The notes under the pieces are model-generated. The model did not search any database. It worked only from the letters and a program-made list of their open reading frames with translations, and was not told where the DNA came from. From Chloroflexota bacterium (lineage in GTDB: Bacteria; Chloroflexota; Dehalococcoidia; Lucifugimonadales; QGNO01), in NCBI GenBank assembly GCA_003228195.2, contig QGNO01000001.1, positions 85,550 to 149,549 of the forward strand: a stretch of DNA of 64,000 nucleotides, read 5' to 3'. Position 1 is the first letter of the stretch. Each line of letters opens with the position of its first letter. Of this stretch, positions 9,944 to 18,872 are shown in pieces. Position numbers and translations under genes: made by a program.

Positions 9944-11589
9944 TGTGGTAATTCCTCTCGTTCCTCAACAATGTTCCCTCCCAAGTTTATAGCAGCTTGT
10001 ACTAGCGCATTGTCCTTAGGTTTTTTTGCATCACCTTCCCTGTTTAACAGATAGCAAGAGACATCCACTGGGAGGTTTGTGCCGGCTATATCACAGATGG
10101 TCGAAATTAAGCCGCGTTTGCTTTCAGGGTTGTCAATTTCGTCCATGAAACGTTCCATGTGTGATTTGTGAGAAAATCCTAATCTTAGAGTTTCTCCGTC
10201 TAGATCAACTTCCCAACAATCTCTCAATAGAGCACCCATATTAAATCGCCTTGCTTTGATTCTGCTTAGGGCTTTGATGATACGAGGCCATTCTTCTTTC
10301 AATGTACTGTCGCGTTCTCTTGGATTACCCTGAGAGGTGCCGGAGTCGGTATTTTTGTAGTTTGTATTTGATGTATTGGCTATTTCGATTGCCAAAGATT
10401 CGTTCTTAGGTTCGGGGTTAGGGTTTAATCGCACTGGGGTCTCTACTGTAGATCGTTTCAAAGGGTTACTTACGGAATCAACCTCCAGGTTGTCCGAGGA
10501 GTTATTTGTTGACGAATTTTGAATGGAACTCAAGATCGCAAGTTCCAATGGAAGCGTGGACGGCATATCCATTCGAGAGTTTATTTGACCTATCGCACGT
10601 AGCGTTACCAGAATCGTTTCCTGTTCAATATTCATAATCATGTGAGACTGTTTTTCAACGATTTCAGATGGTTGCACGACTAGTTCTGAGCCCCCAAATT
10701 TTATCAATAGCATATCCCGCAGTTCATCGACCATTTGCCTTTGGAGCTGTACAAGATCCGTGCCCTCAGTCGATAGTTGATTCAAGAGTTTGAAGGAATT
10801 TGTGACGTTGCCAGCTAAAATGTGCCCTATCAAATCGCGAACACGTTCATCCGCAGCCAAGCCGAGTAGCATATTTACATCTTGTATGGTAAGGGGGCTC
10901 CCAAACGAGGTTATGGCTTGCTCAAGCAAGGTTTCTGCGTCTCTAAGGCTACCGGTGGATTGTCTTGTTATTGCATCGAAGACGGCTTCATCAACACTCA
11001 CGTTCTCTGCAGCGGCAATTTTTCTTAACCTTTCAACCATTATTTTGGTGGAAATGCGCCTGAAGTCAAACCGTTGGCATCTCGAAATTATGGTATTCGT
11101 TAATCTATGTGGTTCGGTGGTGGCAAGTATGAAAATTACATGTGCCGGGGGTTCTTCCAATGTCTTAAGGAGTGCATTAGATGCCTCTCTAGTTAACATA
11201 TGGGCTTCATCTAGGACATAAACTTTGTATCTGGATTCCAATGCAGCATAGTTTGCCTTATCTCTGATACTTTTGATCTCATCAATCCCGCGATTGCTGG
11301 CAGTATCTAATTCTAAAAGATCGATAGCATTACCTTCATTTACAGAAATACATATCGTGCAATTGTTGCAAGGATTGCCCTCCGTTGTATTAACGCAATT
11401 AACGGCCTTAGTAAATATCCTGGCTGTACTTGTTTTTCCTGTGCCTCGTGGTCCGCAGAATAGGTATGCGTGAGAAACATTTCCAGTTATTATCGCCTGC
11501 CTTATAGCTCGGGATATTGGTTCTTGCCCAACTAAATCGTTGAACGTCTGCGGTCGCCATTTTCTGTAAAAAACGCCTGAAGATGTCAA
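9940..11589 (-). CDS. dnaX: DNA polymerase III subunit gamma/tau
   Basis: YRKWRPQTFNDLVGQE, Walker A GPRGTGKTS, zinc module CNNCTIC, VYVLDEAHMLT, SRCQRFDF. Confidence 0.93.
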   Translation of the reverse strand: MTSSGVFYRKWRPQTFNDLVGQEPISRAIRQAIITGNVSHAYLFCGPRGTGKTSTARIFTKAVNCVNTTEGNPCNNCTICISVNEGNAIDLLELDTASNRGIDEIKSIRDKANYAALESRYKVYVLDEAHMLTREASNALLKTLEEPPAHVIFILATTEPHRLTNTIISRCQRFDFRRISTKIMVERLRKIAAAENVSVDEAVFDAITRQSTGSLRDAETLLEQAITSFGSPLTIQDVNMLLGLAADERVRDLIGHILAGNVTNSFKLLNQLSTEGTDLVQLQRQMVDELRDMLLIKFGGSELVVQPSEIVEKQSHMIMNIEQETILVTLRAIGQINSRMDMPSTLPLELAILSSIQNSSTNNSSDNLEVDSVSNPLKRSTVETPVRLNPNPEPKNESLAIEIANTSNTNYKNTDSGTSQGNPRERDSTLKEEWPRIIKALSRIKARRFNMGALLRDCWEVDLDGETLRLGFSHKSHMERFMDEIDNPESKRGLISTICDIAGTNLPVDVSCYLLNREGDAKKPKDNALVQAAINLGGNIVEEREELPQ

Positions 11590-12146
11590 ATTTGTGCCTC
11601 CGAATCTTCAATGCCCGAAAGGATTTCTGTTTCCACGCCTTTCATTGCCAGTTCCTCTCCTAGGTCCAAATGGTCAAATCCTATTAAATGTAGAACGCCA
11701 TGAGCTATAAGTAATGCCATTTCATCTTTCGCAGTTTTCCCTTCCGAGGTTGCCTGCCTTTCACATTGCGGATATGAAATTATTACTTCGCCAACAAAAT
11801 GGCTATATTCCTTAGGAGTTATGAAGGGACTCGAAAGGACGGATGTTATAGGCTCCTCATTGCCCATATAAATACCTGGATGTTCGGAAGAGAATGCCAA
11901 GACATCAGTGGTTTTATCCAAACCCCTATATTTTCTGTTTAAATTGCGAACCACGTCATCTCCGGTTACTAGTAAACTTAATCTATGGCCAATGTCTGTT
12001 ATCCCGGATGATGCTAATCCCTTGAGTAAAGCCAACTTGGCTACCTTGCATATCCACACGGCGGACAAGGATTCCTGGAACTCAGGACGTATTTGAACAT
12101 CTATCGGTTGTCCTTTTATGTCGTCACCATGGGCAGATGATAGCAC
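11586..12146 (-). CDS. ybeY: rRNA maturation endoribonuclease YbeY
   Basis: Metal-binding motif HGVLHLIGFDH. It overlaps the dnaX start by 4 nt. The true start may be internal to the 186-aa ORF. Confidence 0.88.
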   Translation of the reverse strand: MLSSAHGDDIKGQPIDVQIRPEFQESLSAVWICKVAKLALLKGLASSGITDIGHRLSLLVTGDDVVRNLNRKYRGLDKTTDVLAFSSEHPGIYMGNEEPITSVLSSPFITPKEYSHFVGEVIISYPQCERQATSEGKTAKDEMALLIAHGVLHLIGFDHLDLGEELAMKGVETEILSGIEDSEAQI

Positions 12147-12239
12147 AGGGGGAATGGCTCAGGAAAGAACGCAAACCAATTGCTTCTAAAGGTAAATTCG
12201 CCCTGTTAAACAGAATGGGGGCTTGCTGTACATAAGTTA

Positions 12240-13469
12240 TCATGGCGAGGAAATTCCATTCTCCTCTAGGAGCTTTAGAAATTGTTCGTGATTGTATATT
12301 CCTTCAACTTTACGAATGAAATCGCTTAGAGATGACGAGGCTTTCCTGAGTTGCATCAGTTGGTTGTTTATTGGGCTAATGGATGTTGGGCTGTCTGAAT
12401 AGGTACCATGGAAAGCAAAAAATGCTTGGTTGAGTTTTCTAATGGCGTAACCGTTATCAACGAATTTCTGACGCTGTTTTTCTAAATAAGCCTCTGTTTC
12501 CTCTATTTGGCCTTTTTCCAAAAGTGCGTCCGCCATGAGCCTAGTTTTTCTCATTTCCTCGTTGAAACAAAACAGTTCCTTTGGGCATTCATTCGTCTCT
12601 CCTTGGCCAACAACAGACTTTTGGGGATTTTCTCCGGTCAATTGAGCGTAAATCAGATTGCTTAATTCCTCACCGAATATATTTGCAGTAGTTTCGTTGA
12701 TAATGTTCATGTTTGAATCTTTGTGGATACTACGACCTAATGGCTGGAAAAATAGATGGCTGTGAAGCCACTCGTGCCCAGCGATGTCTATGGTGGTACG
12801 TAGATCATATGTGGCTATCATGTTAGGGAAAGTTGACAGTCCTCCGATGTTCTCTACGATTGCGGACAATTCCTCTTGATCGAGAATCATGGTTTCTAAC
12901 ATTTCACGTGTCGAAGGCGGTAAATTAGGTTTGAGAAATACTGACTCCAAGCGTTCTATCTTGTTTCTGGGGGAGGTGACTAATATCGTAGGCAGTGGTT
13001 CAAATACGAAATCTACAGGGGGAAAGAACAATGGTCCCACCATTATCTTCGGGATTTTTTCAGACCTCAGAGTATCTGATATCATCGACTCGAAAGCTTC
13101 CTCCGATTTCATCTGTATCTTTCTCACTTCTTGATTCGATTTTGCAAATGTCTCCTCTATAAATTCTAATTTTGTATCCTTTCTTATAGCGGCTTCATTC
13201 ATTAGAGCATCAAGATTCGCCACTTTCTTTTGGTGGGCCAAGAAATCTGCGATAAATGTGGCCCGATCGTTGATTTGTTCACTGAGCGGGAATAGATTCA
13301 CTCCAATCTTGTAAATCCATTTCAGTGGAAGGTGAGAAGGTTCCCATGTTGCCAGGTTAAAGTGGTATCGTACCGAAATCTCCTTTAGAGGGGTTGCTTG
13401 AAGGGTATCGTGTGGTGAGGCGGCAGAAAAAACGATAACGATAGTTAGTATTGAGTATAAGTTTTTCAT
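12240..13469 (-). CDS. Secreted hypothetical protein with an HExxH (HEWLH) zinc-metallopeptidase-like motif
   Basis: 409-aa ORF with a hydrophobic N-terminal signal-like segment (MKNLYSILTIVIVFSAAS). It carries AGHEWLHSHLF followed by ETTANIFGEE. I could not recognise a named family. Confidence 0.6.
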   Translation of the reverse strand: MKNLYSILTIVIVFSAASPHDTLQATPLKEISVRYHFNLATWEPSHLPLKWIYKIGVNLFPLSEQINDRATFIADFLAHQKKVANLDALMNEAAIRKDTKLEFIEETFAKSNQEVRKIQMKSEEAFESMISDTLRSEKIPKIMVGPLFFPPVDFVFEPLPTILVTSPRNKIERLESVFLKPNLPPSTREMLETMILDQEELSAIVENIGGLSTFPNMIATYDLRTTIDIAGHEWLHSHLFFQPLGRSIHKDSNMNIINETTANIFGEELSNLIYAQLTGENPQKSVVGQGETNECPKELFCFNEEMRKTRLMADALLEKGQIEETEAYLEKQRQKFVDNGYAIRKLNQAFFAFHGTYSDSPTSISPINNQLMQLRKASSSLSDFIRKVEGIYNHEQFLKLLEENGISSP

Positions 13470-13637
13470 CTATAACTCAGGTTAGTGAATCGTTGCTCAA
13501 ATGTACAACCTTTTCAATTTGAGGCGCCAGATGATTATTGATCAATTAGTGAACTAAAGTCGGCTTGGAAAACAGGACCTTATTGCTATGCGAATTTGAT
13601 CAGAAAAGGGTTGAAAACGAGCTTTGGTAGTCGCTGA

Positions 13638-13666
13638 TTGCTAAGCTATCGTTCCTTGATTACAAT
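13638..13666 (+). promoter_or_regulatory. Sigma70-like promoter (TTGCTA - 17 nt - TACAAT) upstream of the NHL/YHS gene pair
   Basis: TTGCTA at 13638-13643 and TACAAT at 13661-13666, read directly. It implies a leader of about 210 nt before the ATG at 13886. Confidence 0.4.
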
Positions 13667-13692
13667 GTGGCGATCTAGGGAGGACTTGCCAA

Positions 13693-13700
13693 GGGGGGGG
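13693..13700 (+). repeat. Uninterrupted G8 homopolymer tract in the intergenic leader
   Basis: Sequence aagggggggg at 13691-13700. It lies just downstream of GGGAGG (13677-13682). Confidence 0.9.
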
Positions 13701-13885
13701 TAAACGAGTGCCTGTTGTAGACGTTGGTGATATCCGTAATGTTGCTCTTTTTTCTCATTCTGGCATTCGATCATTATGACGAAGTCCCAGCACATATAAC
13801 TCAGCGGATTGTTGGAGAAAATGACAAAGAAAAAGTTACTTCAAGTTAAGAATATGTGGTCAATTGGAAATGATGGAGAGGTTTG

Positions 13886-14713
13886 ATGACTAGATTTATT
13901 GTAGGAACGGGTAGTCACGTTTACGAGGTAATTCATCCGTTTGGAAAGTTGCCATCCGGCATGACATTTGGGAATACTTCTCATGTCGCAACGGATTCAG
14001 AAGGTAAGGTTTACGTTTATCAGAGAAAGGACCCGCCCATCCTAGTGTTTGATGGGGAAGGAAACCTAGTTGATTCTTGGGGCGATGGAGAATTAATGGA
14101 TGGTCATGGAATCTTTATCACTGAAAGTGACGAAGTGTTTCTCTCTGACAGAGATGCCCATGAAATACTTAAGTACGATACAAAAGGAAACGTTTCCTTG
14201 AGATTGGGTGAGAGAGAGAAGCCTGCTTTGGAAGAACCGTTTAACCATCCTGCTGACATCGCCGTGACGGGTGATGGTGAAATCTATATTGCGGATGGGT
14301 ACGCGAATTCTAGGATACATCGGTTCAAGCCTGATGGCACATATGTTAAATCTTGGGGGTCTTGGGGTGTAGGGCCTGGTCAATTCTCCGTTCCTCATGG
14401 AATTTGGGTTCATAAGGATCTGGTATACGTATGTGACCGAGAGAATCATCGCGTGCAAATTTTTGACACGAGCGGTGCCTATATATCTGAATGGGTGGGA
14501 TTTTTTCATCCGATGGACATATTTATTGATTCAGAGGAAACGGTTTATGTTACTGATCAAGTTCCCGGAATGACCATGCTTAATTTAGACGGACAGATGA
14601 TTACTCGTATACGTACGGCTGCTAATGCACATGGAGTATGGGTTGATATATATGGCAATATGTACGCTGCAGGTAATGAAGCTTTAGTTACTAAATATAA
14701 GAAAATATCATAG
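13886..14713 (+). CDS. NHL-repeat six-bladed beta-propeller protein (peptidyl-alpha-hydroxyglycine alpha-amidating lyase-like), no signal peptide
   Basis: Repeated blade motifs: GHGIFI, NHPADIAV, PHGIWV...VCDRENHRVQIFDTSG, FHPMDIFI, AHGVWVD. The RBS GGAGAGG at 13875-13881 favours the ATG at 13886 over the TTG at 13883. Confidence 0.8.
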   Translation: MTRFIVGTGSHVYEVIHPFGKLPSGMTFGNTSHVATDSEGKVYVYQRKDPPILVFDGEGNLVDSWGDGELMDGHGIFITESDEVFLSDRDAHEILKYDTKGNVSLRLGEREKPALEEPFNHPADIAVTGDGEIYIADGYANSRIHRFKPDGTYVKSWGSWGVGPGQFSVPHGIWVHKDLVYVCDRENHRVQIFDTSGAYISEWVGFFHPMDIFIDSEETVYVTDQVPGMTMLNLDGQMITRIRTAANAHGVWVDIYGNMYAAGNEALVTKYKKIS

Positions 14714-14725
14714 GACGATGACCAG

Positions 14726-14932
14726 ATGCTAAGAAAAATTTTGGACCTTTTTGATTCAGGAGACTCTTTTACAGATCCTGTTTGTGGAATGACAGTTTCC
14801 CTTGCGAAACCTCATGGTGGAAGCCATGAATATAAGGGTGAGACGTACTATTTCTGTGGGCCTGGGTGTAGAGTTGCTTTCTCTAAAGATCCAGATCCAT
14901 ATTTGTCTGGAGAGAAGAAGATTGAGATGTAG
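14726..14932 (+). CDS. YHS/TRASH-domain metal-binding protein
   Basis: 68 aa reading DPVCGMTV...[17 protein letters not shown] (C...CxxxC TRASH pattern). It starts 12 nt after the NHL gene. Confidence 0.8.
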   Translation: MLRKILDLFDSGDSFTDPVCGMTVSLAKPHGGSHEYKGETYYFCGPGCRVAFSKDPDPYLSGEKKIEM

Positions 14933-15020
14933 ATCATTAATCTACCGTTTTGCTATTGAGCTATTATCCTGCCGCGCAACTGTAATTGGATGACAAACTA
15001 AGTAATTAGTAGGGCAGTAG

Positions 15021-17486
15021 TTAAACAACTATGTTAACTAGCCTACCTGGAACGTAAATAAGTTGTCGGATGTCCTTGTCGCCAACGAATCCTTGAGCGT
15101 TAGGACTGTTTAGAGCTGCTTCCTTTGCTTCGTCTTCAGATATACCTACCTGAACCGAAATCTTGTCGCGCACTTTCCCGTTAACCTGAACTATCATGGT
15201 TATCATTTTGTCAGCCGCTAAAGCTTCATCCCATTGAGGAAGTAGTTGACTGTGTATGCTGTAAGAATTTCCTAGCCTTTCCCATAATTCTTCGGATATG
15301 TGCGGTGCTATTGGAGCCAACAGTACGAGTAGAGTTTCGACAGCCTTTTGCCAAACTGCTGGAACTACATTCTTCTTTAGTGCTATAGTCCCAAGTTTGT
15401 TGGTGAATTCCATCATAGCCGCTATAGCGGTATTGAAATGAAAACGATCCAAATCAGTTATAACTTTGCGTATAGTTTTGTGAGTATCTCGCGTGAGGTC
15501 TTGGGTAGTTGCTTCATCGACTTTGTCAAATTCGCCAGTATCGATGTGAGCTATGTCCCATACACGGTTTACCCAGCGTGACATTCCTTTGATTCCACTG
15601 TCACTCCAATCGCCGCCTTGTTCCCAGGGGCCTAGGAACATTAAGTAAATGCGAACTACATCAGCACCTAGGGATTCTACGAACGGATCTGGTGCGATTA
15701 CGTTTCCTCGTGATTTGCTCATCTTGTGATGGTCGGCAATAATTGTTCCTTGGTTGAATAATCTCAGGAAAGGTTCTTCGAAGTTCAGCAAACCTAATTC
15801 ATTCAGTGCCTTGGTAAAAAATCGTGTATAAAGCAGGTGCATAACGGCGTGCTCGGCTCCGCCAGTGTATTGATCCACTGGCCCCCATAGCTTTAATAGC
15901 TGTTTGTCAAAAGGACCTTTATCATAGTTTGGGCTGACATATCTGAGCTGATACCAGGAGGAATCAACAAATGTGTCCATAGTGTCAGTTTCACGCTCAG
16001 CTTTAGCTCCACAATTTGGGCATATCGTGTTTAGGAATTTTGTATTAGATGCGAGTGGCGATTTTCCCTTAGGCTGAAAATCAGCATCTCGTGGTAGCTC
16101 TACTGGTAAGTCTTCCTCTGGAACTGGGACAGTCCCACAAGTGCTACAGTAGATTATAGGAATTGGTGTCCCCCAATATCGTTGTCTTGAGATAAGCCAA
16201 TCTCTTAGCCGATAAGATATTGTTCGATTGCCGAAGCTGGCATTTTCTACATGCTCAGCAATCAGTCTTATTCCTTCATCGCTAGAAATGCCATCAAATA
16301 TGCCGGAATTTATTAGTAATCCTGAACCTAGATATGCTTCTGGCAAATCCTCCCCATTCCAGTTTTCAGGAGATATAACCACCTTTATTGGCAGATTCTT
16401 TTTGGTCGCAAATTCGAAGTCACGCTGATCGTGTGCTGGTACGCCCATAACAGCCCCTGTGCCATAGCTTAATAGGACGTAATCGGCGGCGAAGACAGGA
16501 ATCTTGTCGCCATTCAGTTGATTTATCGCATAGCAACCGGTGAACTCGCCTGTTTTTTCTCTGTCAGTTGCCAAACGCTCTATTTCTGACTGTTGACGAG
16601 CCAGTTGGATATAGTCGTTGATGGCGAGCTTTTTATCTGGTGTAACTATTTTCTCAATCAGGGGATGTTCAGGAGCCAGAGCCATGAAGGTCACCCCATG
16701 AATAGTATCAATTCTGGTAGTAAAAGTATGAAGTTCGGTTTCCTCTACGCCAAGATGAGAAATGTCGAAACTTATATCAACACCTTCGCTTCGGCCTATC
16801 CAATTTTCTTGTAAGGTTTTTATCCTCGTAGGCCAGTCAATTAGCTTCGAAAAGTCTAATAACTTGTCTGCAAACTTAGTTATTCTGAAAAACCATTGCT
16901 CTAGATTGGTTCGTTCTACCTGAGCATCACATCTTTCGCATTTTCCATCTACCACTTGTTCGTTTGCTAAAACGGTTTGATCATTAGGACACCAGTTAAC
17001 CGGCGCATTTTCCCGGTAGGCAAGACCATTCTTGAAGAATTGGAGGAATATCCACTGATTCCAGCGATAATATTCAGCATCCATAGTACTTAATACTCTA
17101 GTCCAGTCGTAGATTGTGCCCATAGATCGTAATTGGCGTTTCATGTTGGCAATGTTCTGGATGGTCCAGTCGTGCGGGTGTACCTTTTGTCTTATAGCAG
17201 CATTTTCTGCAGGCAGTCCGAAAGAGTCGAAACCCATGGGATGAAGGACATTGTAGCCTTGCATTCGTTTGAATCGCGCGTGAGCATCGGACGGAGCCAT
17301 CGCATACCAGTGACCGATATGTAAATTTCCCGATGGATATGGATACATGGTCATTTCATACCATTTGGAGCGCCCGTTATCATCGTCTACTTTGTAGAGG
17401 TGATCACTAGCCCACCTCGCTTGCCACTTCTTATCGATTTCTTGAGGGTTATAGCGCAATTCGGTTTGACGTTTGTTTGTAGCCAT
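15021..17486 (-). CDS. leuS: Leucine--tRNA ligase
   Basis: HIGH motif (PYPSGNLHIGH), KMSKS motif (HKMSKSRGN), zinc-type Cys pairs, 821 aa. Confidence 0.97.
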   Translation of the reverse strand: MATNKRQTELRYNPQEIDKKWQARWASDHLYKVDDDNGRSKWYEMTMYPYPSGNLHIGHWYAMAPSDAHARFKRMQGYNVLHPMGFDSFGLPAENAAIRQKVHPHDWTIQNIANMKRQLRSMGTIYDWTRVLSTMDAEYYRWNQWIFLQFFKNGLAYRENAPVNWCPNDQTVLANEQVVDGKCERCDAQVERTNLEQWFFRITKFADKLLDFSKLIDWPTRIKTLQENWIGRSEGVDISFDISHLGVEETELHTFTTRIDTIHGVTFMALAPEHPLIEKIVTPDKKLAINDYIQLARQQSEIERLATDREKTGEFTGCYAINQLNGDKIPVFAADYVLLSYGTGAVMGVPAHDQRDFEFATKKNLPIKVVISPENWNGEDLPEAYLGSGLLINSGIFDGISSDEGIRLIAEHVENASFGNRTISYRLRDWLISRQRYWGTPIPIIYCSTCGTVPVPEEDLPVELPRDADFQPKGKSPLASNTKFLNTICPNCGAKAERETDTMDTFVDSSWYQLRYVSPNYDKGPFDKQLLKLWGPVDQYTGGAEHAVMHLLYTRFFTKALNELGLLNFEEPFLRLFNQGTIIADHHKMSKSRGNVIAPDPFVESLGADVVRIYLMFLGPWEQGGDWSDSGIKGMSRWVNRVWDIAHIDTGEFDKVDEATTQDLTRDTHKTIRKVITDLDRFHFNTAIAAMMEFTNKLGTIALKKNVVPAVWQKAVETLLVLLAPIAPHISEELWERLGNSYSIHSQLLPQWDEALAADKMITMIVQVNGKVRDKISVQVGISEDEAKEAALNSPNAQGFVGDKDIRQLIYVPGRLVNIVV

Positions 17487-17505
17487 TGGAAACTCCTATA
17501 CGGTT

Positions 17506-17534
17506 ATGCTATTTAGGGTTTCTCATGCTGTCAA
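17506..17534 (-). promoter_or_regulatory. Sigma70-like promoter for leuS (TTGACA - 17 nt - TAGCAT on the minus strand)
   Basis: Plus-strand tgtcaa at 17529-17534 and atgcta at 17506-17511. AGGAG RBS at 17493-17497, 6 nt before the ATG. The leader is very short. Confidence 0.5.
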
Positions 17535-17629
17535 TCCATAGAGGTCAGGTGAAATAAAATGTGGAGAGTCAGTTATATCGAAGTTGGCGACTTGACTAGT
17601 TACTTATTGTCTGGGTAAACGATTAGCGT

Positions 17630-17658
17630 TTGCGACTGTTATTAACGAATGTTATAGT
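17630..17658 (+). promoter_or_regulatory. Sigma70-like promoter for tRNA-Ala (TTGCGA - 17 nt - TATAGT)
   Basis: TTGCGA at 17630-17635 and TATAGT at 17653-17658. The tRNA 5' end follows 13 nt later. Confidence 0.5.
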
Positions 17659-17671
17659 TGGACGCTGAAGT

Positions 17672-17747
17672 GGGGCTGTAGCTCAGTTGGGAGAGCGCCT
17701 CAATGGCATTGAGGAGGTCAAGGGTTCGACTCCCTTCAGCTCCACCA
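17672..17747 (+). tRNA. tRNA-Ala (anticodon GGC), 3' CCA encoded
   Basis: Folded by hand: acceptor GGGGCTG/CAGCTCC with the G3:U70 Ala identity pair, and D arm GCTC-AGTTGGGA-GAGC. The anticodon arm is CCTCA-atGGCat-TGAGG and the T arm is AAGGG-TTCGACT-CCCTT. Total 76 nt ending in CCA. Confidence 0.95.
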
Positions 17748-17808
17748 TCTAGCCCACATTAGCTTGATTGAGATTAAGTGATACGAGTTGCGTGAATTTG
17801 ATAGGGTG

Positions 17809-18522
17809 TTAACTTAATTCGAAGCTTTTGAACCCTTCAGCATACCCCATCTGGTGCTCCTTGCCGGCATTTTTCTTCCATTCTTTGGATCGTTCGGCTG
17901 CTTCAATACCGAGTTGGCTTTTGTGCGCAAGAAGGGACTCTATCGCAATATCTATGCTTGAGCTGACGTCTACCCATTTATCTGGTTTGCCGTGTCCCAT
18001 TATCAGTACTTCACGTACTTTGTGCGTTTCAAATCCCTCCCCCAATAATTCTGGAAATGTGAGGTGGTCGCGAGCAGCAGGGTATACCGCAGAGAGAGCA
18101 GCTTCCCCAGCTGCAAAATGGTCTGGGTGTCCTATATAGCCAGATCCCGTTAAACTTCGAGTGGGGTTAGTAGTTATCAGAATATCTGGCTTGAAGCGTC
18201 TGATTTCACGAGATATGTCGCGTCTCAAATCAAGACTAGGTTCCAGATATCCATCAGGGTAGTTCAAGAAAACGACGTCATTCAGACCTAGCAATTTTCC
18301 TGCCGCTATTTGTTCGTTGTTGCGCATCTCAGACAGTTCTTGTGGAGTAATAGTCCGATCCGAAGTACCTTTGCTTCCATCTGTGCAAAGTACATAAACA
18401 AACTCGATACCTTGTCTGATCCATTTCGCGACAGTTCCGGAGCATCCGAATTCAGCATCGTCAGGGTGTGCCACTACAACCATGCCTCGAGTGTACGTTT
18501 CAATCGCTTTATCTTTGACCAT
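17809..18522 (-). CDS. PIG-L / LmbE-family N-acetylglucosaminyl deacetylase
   Basis: VVAHPDDAEFG motif plus HPDH. 237 aa. Confidence 0.85.
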   Translation of the reverse strand: MVKDKAIETYTRGMVVVAHPDDAEFGCSGTVAKWIRQGIEFVYVLCTDGSKGTSDRTITPQELSEMRNNEQIAAGKLLGLNDVVFLNYPDGYLEPSLDLRRDISREIRRFKPDILITTNPTRSLTGSGYIGHPDHFAAGEAALSAVYPAARDHLTFPELLGEGFETHKVREVLIMGHGKPDKWVDVSSSIDIAIESLLAHKSQLGIEAAERSKEWKKNAGKEHQMGYAEGFKSFELS

Positions 18523-18871
18523 TTGATGTAACCTCGCTACTAAGTGTGTTTAAGTCTAGGCTAATCAGATTTTGAGTTGAATTAGCACTCAAGTGAGACT
18601 TCACAACGCTAGGATACAGCATTATGCTTCCAAGTTGTTTATCCCAGTAGCACCTTCTGTATTTGTCAAAAAGACCTAGATTTTGCTTCAGGTCCTGTTC
18701 GATCTTTTCTAACTCTATTTTGAGTTGTCTTCCCTCTAAGTCTCGAATGAACTGATCAGGGCCTGGACTTATGTTGGTTAAGTTAAAGAGCTGTTCTAGC
18801 GTATCGACCCTTGCCTGAAAGGAGTCTATCGGCGTGTCGTCGAAATCGAAGAGGTGTGCCTCGGTTCTCAA
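18509..18871 (-). pseudogene. Truncated HAD-superfamily hydrolase remnant (motif I and cap region only)
   Basis: LFDFDDTPIDS matches HAD motif I (DxDxT), followed by a helical cap-like region and LYPSVV. There is no room for motifs II-IV because the PIG-L gene begins at 18522. Confidence 0.4.
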
Positions 18872-18872
18872 A

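Noticed and set aside
10018-10032. An A7 run (GCA AAA AAA CCT on the minus strand) in dnaX, as a possible programmed frameshift or transcriptional-slippage site producing a gamma subunit.
   Set aside because: It lies only about 27 codons before the dnaX stop. Slippage there would not produce a truncated gamma-like product, and I saw no downstream stimulatory hairpin.
13821-13886. The 21-codon uORF as a RiPP precursor for the PAL-like NHL protein.
   Set aside because: No RiPP maturase (radical SAM, YcaO, lanthipeptide synthetase), protease or exporter gene is nearby. The GGAGAGG near the uORF's 3' end is sufficiently explained as the RBS of the NHL gene. It is retained only as a possible regulatory uORF.
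14093-14509. Long antisense ORFs listed in the track: 14093-14509, 10790-11221, 18811-19212, 31178-31639, 40740-41171, 42118-42507 and 53734-54108.
   Set aside because: Each lies entirely within, and opposite to, a gene with strong family motifs. Their translations are low-complexity (Ser/Pro/Arg-rich) with no motifs, as expected for shadow ORFs.
17487-17630. A T-box riboswitch upstream of leuS.
   Set aside because: The minus-strand leader has no T-box consensus (AGGGUGGNACCGCG-like). A good promoter lies only about 12 nt upstream of the RBS, which leaves no room for a T-box.
17672-18560. tRNA-Ala as an integration site for a genomic island covering the downstream PIG-L, HAD remnant and FAH genes.
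   Set aside because: I saw no integrase or recombinase and no direct repeat of the tRNA 3' end downstream. The flanking genes are ordinary metabolic genes.
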